30,002 nucleotides of DNA from Candidatus Methylomirabilis limnetica (GTDB taxonomy: Bacteria; Methylomirabilota; Methylomirabilia; Methylomirabilales; Methylomirabilaceae), in contig NZ_NVQC01000018.1 of assembly GCF_003044035.1 (NCBI RefSeq), positions 1 through 30,002 of the forward strand, written 5' to 3'. Below are positions 23,971 through 30,002 of this stretch, in pieces (position 1 is the first letter of the stretch; every line of letters starts with the position of its first letter). A model generated the notes under the pieces. That model saw nothing but the letters and a program-made list of their open reading frames with translations. It ran no database searches and was not told where the DNA came from. Position numbers and translations under genes: made by a program.

Positions 23971-25219
23971 ACTGATTATCAGAGGTGGGGCGCCCCTCAG
24001 AGGACAGGTAGAGGTTAGTGGCGCCAAGAACGCGGCCCTGCCGGCAATGGTGGCGTCTTTACTCACAGAGGAGTCGATCCGGCTTCATCGTATTCCGCAA
24101 CTGGGCGACGTGAGGACGATTATCGGTCTGCTCAACCATTTAGGCGTGAGCGTCGAAGGACGTGATCGAGAGCCCATATCCCTTCGTGCTGATCGCATCG
24201 ATCGGTTTGAGGCTCCCTACCAACTGGTCAAGACGATGCGGGCATCGGTGCTGGTGCTTGGCCCGCTGCTGGCCCGTTTCGGCCGGGCACGGGTCTCTTT
24301 GCCAGGAGGGTGCGCGATAGGGACGAGGCCGATCAATCTGCATCTCGCAGCCCTTGAGAAGATGGGTGCAACGGTCAGCTTGGATGCCGGGTACGTAGAG
24401 GCCAAGGCGCCACGCTTGAAGGGTGCCAGGATCACATTTGATGGCCAGACCGTTACCGGCACCGAGAATCTGATGATGGCCGCCACCCTGGCGGATGGGG
24501 TTACGGTATTGGAAAACGCCGCGTGCGAGCCCGAGGTCACTGACCTGGCCGCCCTGCTGAATCGCATGGGGGCGAGAATCGAAGGCGCTGGTACTCCGAC
24601 GATCAGCATCGAGGGTACCTCACATCTGCACGGGGCAGAGCACGAGGTGATCCCGGACAGGGTCGAGACCGGGACCTTTATGGTTGCGGCTGCGATTACC
24701 GGTGGTGATGTGACCATCAATCGCTGCCTGCCGTATCACCTGGAAGCAGTCACGGAGAAACTGCGGGAGACAGGCGTGCGCGTGGAGGAGACGGACTGTA
24801 GTATTCGGGTCGTGGGAGATGGGCACGTGAGAGGAGTCAATATCAGGACCCACCCCTATCCCGGGTTCGCCACCGATATGCAAGCGCAAATGACGGCTCT
24901 CATGTCTATTGCCCAGGGGAGCAGCGTCATCACCGAAACAGTTTTTGAAAACCGATTTATGCACGTGAATGAGCTGCTGAGGATGGGTGCGGACATCAAG
25001 GTGGTTGGTACTACCGCGTTCGTCCACGGAGTTCCCACGCTGTCGGGCGCGCCAGTGATGGCCACCGACCTGCGGGCGAGCGCATCGCTGGTTCTGGCGG
25101 GACTGGCCGCTCAGGGGATTACGACTATCTCGCGTGTCTACCATCTGGACCGGGGATACGAGTCGATTGAGCAGAAGCTCCTCGGCCTCGGCGCCAGCAT
25201 CGAGCGAGTCGCAGAATAA
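23963..25219 (+). CDS. murA: UDP-N-acetylglucosamine 1-carboxyvinyltransferase
   Basis: (M)[26 protein letters not shown] is the canonical MurA N-terminus, and the active-site loop [12 protein letters not shown] is present. The start is TTG 23963 with GAGGGAGGG 4 nt upstream, giving 418 aa. The track start GTG 23924 is less likely. Confidence 0.93.
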   Translation: MDKLIIRGGAPLRGQVEVSGAKNAALPAMVASLLTEESIRLHRIPQLGDVRTIIGLLNHLGVSVEGRDREPISLRADRIDRFEAPYQLVKTMRASVLVLGPLLARFGRARVSLPGGCAIGTRPINLHLAALEKMGATVSLDAGYVEAKAPRLKGARITFDGQTVTGTENLMMAATLADGVTVLENAACEPEVTDLAALLNRMGARIEGAGTPTISIEGTSHLHGAEHEVIPDRVETGTFMVAAAITGGDVTINRCLPYHLEAVTEKLRETGVRVEETDCSIRVVGDGHVRGVNIRTHPYPGFATDMQAQMTALMSIAQGSSVITETVFENRFMHVNELLRMGADIKVVGTTAFVHGVPTLSGAPVMATDLRASASLVLAGLAAQGITTISRVYHLDRGYESIEQKLLGLGASIERVAE

Positions 25220-25225
25220 AGGAGA

Positions 25226-25306
25226 GTTTCGGGTTTTGAGTCCCGAGTTTCGAGTTGGGACCAGAAACCCGAAACCCGAAACGCGAAACATGGAACATGG
25301 AACCCA
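25226..25306 (+). repeat. Heptad hairpin element copy H-D (murA-hisG spacer)
   Basis: The left arm is GTTTCGG GTTTTGA GTCCCGA GTTTCGA GTT (25226-25256). The right arm is AGAAACC CGAAACC CGAAACG CGAAACA TGGAACA TGGAACC (25263-25304). The hisG ATG lies in the last degenerate heptads. Confidence 0.85.
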
Positions 25307-25974
25307 CAAATAACGACGTGATCGCGATCGCGCTGCCGAAGGGTCGGTTGCTGACCCCTATCCTTGAACTCTTTGAGGGGATCGGTTTTCCGTGCGTGAA
25401 GGTCTTTTCTGACTCACGGCGCTTGATCTACGAGGATCGCGATCGGCAACTCCGATTCCTCATACTCCGGCCTGCCGACATCCCGACCTATGTGGAGCGC
25501 GGGGCCGCCGACATGGGTATCGCGGGGAAAGACCAGCTTCTCGAGCAGCGCCGGGATGTCTATGAGCCGCTGGATCTCAGGTTCGGTGCATGTCGACTTG
25601 TCGTGGCCGAGCCGGCTGAACTCCATAAGCAGGATGATCCTCATTCCTGGTCGAACCTGAGGGTGGCCACCAAATATCCAAACCTTGCGGAAGCGTACTT
25701 CAGTCGTAAAGGGATCCAGGCGGAGATCATCAAGCTGACCGGTTCTCTTGAACTTGCGCCCCTTGTAGGGCTGGCCGAGCGGATCATTGATCTCGTAGAA
25801 ACCGGGCAGACCTTGAAGGAGAACGGGTTGGTGGAGGTTGAGGAGATCGTCAAGTCCACGGCGCGGCTCATTGTCAATCGCGCGAGCCTCAAGACGAAGT
25901 ACCGCAGGGTCCAGGATCTAGTCGAGAAGATGCGAGCGCAGGTCGAAGCGCATACGGCAGGGGCGCGTGCATGA
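25297..25974 (+). CDS. hisG: ATP phosphoribosyltransferase, short (HisZ-dependent) form
   Basis: The translation is MEPTNNDVIAIALPKGRLL..ILRPADIPTYVERGAADMGIAGKD... The start is ATG 25297, with no clear SD. TTG 25255 is an in-frame alternative that would translate the element's right arm as GPETRNPKRET. Confidence 0.9.
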   Translation: MEPTNNDVIAIALPKGRLLTPILELFEGIGFPCVKVFSDSRRLIYEDRDRQLRFLILRPADIPTYVERGAADMGIAGKDQLLEQRRDVYEPLDLRFGACRLVVAEPAELHKQDDPHSWSNLRVATKYPNLAEAYFSRKGIQAEIIKLTGSLELAPLVGLAERIIDLVETGQTLKENGLVEVEEIVKSTARLIVNRASLKTKYRRVQDLVEKMRAQVEAHTAGARA

Positions 25975-27260
25975 GACTGCTCCATGCTGGATCGCGCGAG
26001 TGTACGCTGTTCTTCTCGCAGCTCAGGTCCCGACAGGGCACCATGCCCGTCGAGGTCGAGCAGGCCGTTCGCGACATCCTGGAAGAGATACGGACAGGCG
26101 GCGATGCCGCCCTGTTCGATCTGACGCAGCGGTTCGATGGGGTCCGCCTCGATGCTACCTCAGTACAGGTAGGGCCAGGGGAGATCGATGAGGCATACGC
26201 GGCCCTGGCACCCGCCTCTCTTGAAGCCCTCAAGACGGCGGCGTCGCGGATCAGGGCCTTCCATCTGCGACAACTCCGCTCCTCCTGGTTCTCGGAGGAA
26301 GACGGGGCGATCGTCGGGATGCTCGCTCGTCCGCTTGAGCGGGTAGGGATCTATGCCCCTGGGGGCACGGCGGCCTACCCGTCCACGGTACTCATGAATG
26401 CGATCCCGGCTGCGATTGCCGGCGTGGCGGAGGTCGTGATGTGCACGCCGCCGAGTCGGGACGGCAAAGTGGCTGGAGCGGTGTTGGTCGCCGCTGATCT
26501 CTGCGGGGTTCATGCGATCTATAAGGTAGGTGGTGCCCAGGCGATAGCGGCCATGGCTTACGGGACCGCGTCGATCCCGAAGGTCGATAAGATCGTCGGC
26601 CCAGGCAATGTCTATGTTGCGACCGCCAAGCGTCTCGTCTTCGGGCAGGTAGGGATCGATATGATCGCTGGCCCGACGGAGTTGTTGATCATTGCCGACG
26701 AGGAGGCCAGGGCCGCGTGGGTTGCCGCCGACATCCTCTCCCAGGCTGAGCACGATCCACTCTCCAGCGCCATGCTGCTCACACCTTCCCAGCGGCTTGC
26801 CGAAGAGGTGGTGGACGAGGTGAAACGGCAGGTCGCACTGCTGCCAAGGCGGCAGATTGCTGAGACCTCCCTAGAACAGTTCGGTGCAGTAGTCGTAGTG
26901 AAGGGGCTTCACGAGGCCGCCACCCTCTCCAACGAGGTCTCGCCGGAACACCTGGAGCTGCAGGTGAAGGATCCCTGGGGACTATTGCCACAGATCAGGC
27001 ACGCTGGCGCCATCTTCATGGGGGGCGCAAGTCCGGAGGTGGTGGGCGATTACTTGGCCGGGCCGAATCATGTTCTGCCGACCGGAGGGACGGCACGCTT
27101 CGCCTCCCCCCTTTCCGTAGACGATTTTCAGCACAGAACATCACTGATCGCCTTTAGCCAGCAGAAACTGGAGGCGCTGGAGCCAACATTGGTCGAGCTA
27201 GCCCGCTTAGAGGGGCTTGAGGCCCATGCCAGGGCAGCCTCTATCAGGAGGCTCGCATGA
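25971..27260 (+). CDS. hisD: Histidinol dehydrogenase
   Basis: The 429-aa product contains ..GPGNVYVATAKR.. and AEHDP.., typical of HisD. An ATGA overlap couples it to hisG. Confidence 0.95.
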   Translation: MRLLHAGSRECTLFFSQLRSRQGTMPVEVEQAVRDILEEIRTGGDAALFDLTQRFDGVRLDATSVQVGPGEIDEAYAALAPASLEALKTAASRIRAFHLRQLRSSWFSEEDGAIVGMLARPLERVGIYAPGGTAAYPSTVLMNAIPAAIAGVAEVVMCTPPSRDGKVAGAVLVAADLCGVHAIYKVGGAQAIAAMAYGTASIPKVDKIVGPGNVYVATAKRLVFGQVGIDMIAGPTELLIIADEEARAAWVAADILSQAEHDPLSSAMLLTPSQRLAEEVVDEVKRQVALLPRRQIAETSLEQFGAVVVVKGLHEAATLSNEVSPEHLELQVKDPWGLLPQIRHAGAIFMGGASPEVVGDYLAGPNHVLPTGGTARFASPLSVDDFQHRTSLIAFSQQKLEALEPTLVELARLEGLEAHARAASIRRLA

Positions 27261-28330
27261 AGACGCTACGTCTTCTCGATCTGGTCAAACCCGAGGTCTT
27301 GAGCCTCACGGCGTATCGAGCTGAGGAACGACGACCCGATCTTGTCAAGCTCGATGCCAACGAAAGCCCGTTCCCGCTTCCGGAGGAGCTTCGCCAGGAG
27401 CTCCGGTACGCCTTGGATCAGGTGGCAGTACACCGCTACCCCGATCCGAAGGAGGATCGGCTCCGATCAGTTCTGGCTGTACAGCTCCAGGTGGCGCCGG
27501 GGGCACTTGTCCTGGGCAATGGGTCTGATGAGCTGATTCAACTGTTATTACTGGCGACGTCAGGACCTGGGACCACGATTCTCGCTCCAGTTCCAACCTT
27601 TTCGATGTATGAGCTGATCGCGAGGGCTCAGGGACTGCGCTTTGAAGGAGTACCCCTCGGATCTCGCTTTGAGCTTGACATGCCAAGACTGATCGAGACT
27701 ATCGAGCGACGTAACCCCAAGGTCATCTTTCTGGCTACGCCAAACAATCCAACCGGCGGCGTCCTCTCTGAGGCGGAGATGTGCAAGATTTTGGCCGTTG
27801 CTCCCGGATTGGTAGTTGTGGACGAAGCTTATGGACCGTACGCTGGGCGGACTATGTTGCCGCATTTGGTCGATCAGGAACGGCTGGTGATCCTCAGCTC
27901 CCTTTCCAAAATCGGGCTGGCCGGTCTGCGCATTGGCTACCTCGTTGCCCATCCTGCACTCACAGCCGAGCTGGAGAAGGTCCGCCTTCCGTTTAACCTC
28001 AACGCCTTCTCTCAGGTGGCCGCCGCCGTGTTGCTCAACCACCAAGAGTGGATCGATGCGAGTGTTCGTGAGGTGGTCCGGGAGCGGACGAGGGTGATGG
28101 ATCGCTTGGTCGCGCTCCCCGGCGTTGAGCCCTTCCCGTCAGCGGCAAACTTCATTCTCTTCCGGACGACACTTCCTGGGAACGATGTATTCGAAGCGGT
28201 GTTGGGGCAGGGCGTCCTGGTGCGAAACTTAGGGTCAGTGCCAGGTCTGCAAAATTGTCTGCGCGTTACTGTGGGCACGGACGCGGAGAACGATCGGTTT
28301 TTGGATGCATTGACGAAGGCGCTGAGATAA
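27257..28330 (+). CDS. hisC: Histidinol-phosphate aminotransferase
   Basis: This is a class-II aminotransferase of 357 aa. The PLP-Lys context is SSLSKIGLAGLRIGY, and NPNNPTG appears as TPNNPTGG. An ATGA overlap couples it to hisD. Confidence 0.93.
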   Translation: MKTLRLLDLVKPEVLSLTAYRAEERRPDLVKLDANESPFPLPEELRQELRYALDQVAVHRYPDPKEDRLRSVLAVQLQVAPGALVLGNGSDELIQLLLLATSGPGTTILAPVPTFSMYELIARAQGLRFEGVPLGSRFELDMPRLIETIERRNPKVIFLATPNNPTGGVLSEAEMCKILAVAPGLVVVDEAYGPYAGRTMLPHLVDQERLVILSSLSKIGLAGLRIGYLVAHPALTAELEKVRLPFNLNAFSQVAAAVLLNHQEWIDASVREVVRERTRVMDRLVALPGVEPFPSAANFILFRTTLPGNDVFEAVLGQGVLVRNLGSVPGLQNCLRVTVGTDAENDRFLDALTKALR

Positions 28331-28344
28331 TGTGCGTGGTGTAA

Positions 28345-28395
28345 AAATTCCTTCACCCCCCCCTTTACGAAAGGGGGGCACGGGGGGATTTGAGG
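28345..28395. repeat. C/G-tract palindromic element copy F1 (hisC-hisB spacer)
   Basis: The sequence is ..CACCCCCCCC TTT ACG AAA GGGGGG CAC GGGGGG ATTT. It has a 9-bp perfect inner stem (CCCCCCTTT/AAAGGGGGG) with a 3-nt loop. Its core matches the reverse complement of 29371-29405. Confidence 0.8.
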
Positions 28396-28450
28396 TGCGG
28401 GGTGCGAAGGGCGAAGGACACAGTGCAATGGAGCAGATGGAGGTCGGGTG

Positions 28451-29038
28451 ATGGGCAGGACAGCTAAGGTGTGCAGGAAGACCGCGGAGACCGATGTAGC
28501 GGTGGAGCTCAACCTGGATGGGGTGGGCCGACACACGATTCAGACCCAGATCCCCTTCCTCGATCACATGCTGGCCCAACTGGCGACGCACGGCCTCTTC
28601 GACCTCAGCATTGAAGCGCGGGGCGATCTTCAGGTCGACCTGCATCATACTGTGGAGGATGTCGGGATCGCGCTCGGCGAAGCGTTTGCCCAGGCCGTGG
28701 GGGACAAGCGGGGCATCCGGCGGTTTGCCTCAGCGCTTGTCCCGCTGGACGAGGCGCTGGCCCGCGTGGTAGTTGACATCAGCGGCCGCCCCTATCTGGT
28801 CTATCAGGCACCGCAACTGCATGGAGAAATCGGGAGTTTCGATGTCAGCCTCGTGAAAGAGTTTATGCGTGCTCTCGCCATGAATATGAAGGTGAACCTC
28901 CATGTTGAGGTCCTGCACGGTGAGAACCTGCACCACTGCGTCGAAGCGATTTTTAAGGCATTAGCCAAGAGCCTCGACCAGGCGACAGCTCTCGATGCGC
29001 GAAGTGCCGACGTCCCCTCGACCAAGGGAAGCCTGTGA
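28451..29038 (+). CDS. hisB: Imidazoleglycerol-phosphate dehydratase (monofunctional)
   Basis: RKTAETDV..LDGVG...TQIPFLDHML.., HHTVEDVGIALG and ..NLHHCVEAIFKALA are present. GGAGG lies at 28439-28443, 7 nt upstream. GTG 28448 is an alternative start. Confidence 0.95.
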   Translation: MGRTAKVCRKTAETDVAVELNLDGVGRHTIQTQIPFLDHMLAQLATHGLFDLSIEARGDLQVDLHHTVEDVGIALGEAFAQAVGDKRGIRRFASALVPLDEALARVVVDISGRPYLVYQAPQLHGEIGSFDVSLVKEFMRALAMNMKVNLHVEVLHGENLHHCVEAIFKALAKSLDQATALDARSADVPSTKGSL

Positions 29039-29679
29039 TTGCCATCATCGATTCCGGCGTCGCGAACCTCCGAAGCGTCCAGAAGGGGTTCGAGTGCGTT
29101 GAGGCTGATGCCAGGATCGTGGAGGATCCTCTGACGCTTCGGGACGCATCCGGTATTGTTCTCCCTGGGGTGGGCGCGTTTGCCGATGGGATCAGTAAGC
29201 TTCGGGATGGTGGATTTGTCGAGCCGCTGCTTCGGGCGATTGAGGAGGGTAAGCCGGTCCTGGGTATCTGCTTGGGACTGCACTTCCTGTTCAGTGAGAG
29301 CGAGGAGTTCGGGCATCATGCGGGCCTCAACGTCATCAAGGGCCGAGTCGTCCGATTTACCAATAATCTCCCCGTGCCCCCCTTTCGTAAAGGGGGGGTG
29401 GGGGGATTTCTCAAAATCCCGCACATGGGGTGGAACCGGATCAGAATCGAGCAGCAGGCCCCGATCTTCAAGGGCATTCCCGACGGGGGGTTCTTCTACT
29501 TCGTCCACTCCTACTATGTGCAACCAGAGGATGAAAGCGTGATCGCCGCCACGACCGAGTACGGCCCCCGATTCACCTCAGTGTTGTGGCGAGACAACCT
29601 CTTTGCCTGCCAGTTTCACCCCGAAAAGAGCCAAGCGCTAGGTTTGCAACTATTGAAGAACTTCGCCTCCCTCACGTAG
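29035..29679 (+). CDS. hisH: Imidazole glycerol phosphate synthase, glutaminase subunit HisH, with an internal repeat insertion
   Basis: (V)IAIIDSGVANL, GICLGLHFLF (catalytic Cys), PHMGWN and FHPEKS are present. A GTGA overlap couples it to hisB. About 15 extra residues (NLPVPPFRKGGVGGF) before PHMGWN are encoded by repeat F2. Confidence 0.93.
   Translation: MIAIIDSGVANLRSVQKGFECVEADARIVEDPLTLRDASGIVLPGVGAFADGISKLRDGGFVEPLLRAIEEGKPVLGICLGLHFLFSESEEFGHHAGLNVIKGRVVRFTNNLPVPPFRKGGVGGFLKIPHMGWNRIRIEQQAPIFKGIPDGGFFYFVHSYYVQPEDESVIAATTEYGPRFTSVLWRDNLFACQFHPEKSQALGLQLLKNFASLT
29366..29418. repeat. C/G-tract palindromic element copy F2 (inside hisH)
   Basis: The sequence is AATCTCCCCGTG CCCCCC TTT CGT AAA GGGGGGG TG GGGGGG ATTT. 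It is a near-perfect palindrome and the reverse complement of the F1 core. Confidence 0.8.
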
Positions 29680-29697
29680 ATGCTAGTCATTCCAGTG
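29680..29697 (+). pseudogene. hisA: Probable hisA start remnant (about 5 codons) followed by unrelated sequence
   Basis: ATG CTA GTC ATT CCA G encodes MLVIP(A), matching the usual HisA start M(L/I)(V/I)IPAIDL, directly after the hisH stop. The frame then reads VPTEHTSH-stop, and no hisA-like ORF follows within the window. Confidence 0.4.
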
Positions 29698-30002
29698 CCC
29701 ACAGAACATACCTCGCACTGACGGCCACCTTGTCGCGGAGAGACATCGGCAACGCCTCCCCCCGACCTCACGTCCGACGGCATAACAGGATAGGCCTGCC
29801 CTCGTAGACTCTTTCAGTCAGGTCAGGGTATCCAGGCGCTCTGACCGGGAACTGCCTCCCCCAAAAGCTCCTCGATTTGGGTGTAAGACAAATTTATGGG
29901 TAAGCTTCTCACCCCGTTGCCCGATTTCCCCAAAACTCCTCCCACCGGCCACTGATCTGACAGCAACGTAGGGCGATAATTGCGTTGGCCCCTCTGACAG
30001 TC

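Noticed and set aside
11231-25306. Whether the heptad repeats or MITE copies could be a CRISPR array
   Set aside because: The copies are kilobases apart, with no regular repeat-spacer periodicity, no cas genes, and repeats that are internal tandem 7-mers forming hairpins.
29815-29860. CAGTCAGGTCAGGG.. resembling the SRP (4.5S) RNA motif CCAGGUCAGGUCCGG
   Set aside because: The conserved GGAAGGAAGCAGC segment and the complementary 3' strand are absent, so no SRP-like helix 8 can be drawn.

Overview
This is a roughly 60% G+C bacterial chromosomal segment. From 2.2 kb to 29.7 kb about 25 co-oriented plus-strand genes are mostly housekeeping: DJ-1/PfpI, an RCK K+ channel, PAP2 plus an ArnT-like GT-C plus a polyprenyl synthase, lepA-lepB-hemW, hrcA-grpE-dnaJ, polA-coaE, rho, rpmE-prfA-prmC-murA and hisGDCBH. 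No rRNA, tRNA or CRISPR was recognised. The unusual content is the non-coding and mobile layer. (1) The left 2.7 kb is an accessory patch. It holds a haem-c cytochrome fragment and a DUF4338 (DruA-like) fragment. It also holds two diverged ~285-bp TIR-bounded elements carrying a tyrosine-transposase N-terminal remnant. These bracket an AT-rich orphan ORF that sits between two sites with canonical integron attC geometry. A RelE/ParE-RHH toxin-antitoxin pair follows. (2) Four copies of an IS66-like MITE have exact 8-bp target-site duplications. (3) Four copies of a heptad-periodic hairpin element, (GTTTCGA)n-loop-(CCCGAAA)n, have arms free of stop codons in all six frames. They are translated as part of hemW (N-terminus), grpE (C-terminal tail) and prmC (internal), and form the murA-hisG spacer. 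(4) A C/G-tract palindrome occurs once intergenically and once in frame inside hisH. (5) Further REP-like composites include a perfect 4x6-bp four-way junction. hisA appears cut off after about 5 codons at 29.70 kb. All homology calls were made by eye, with no searches run.
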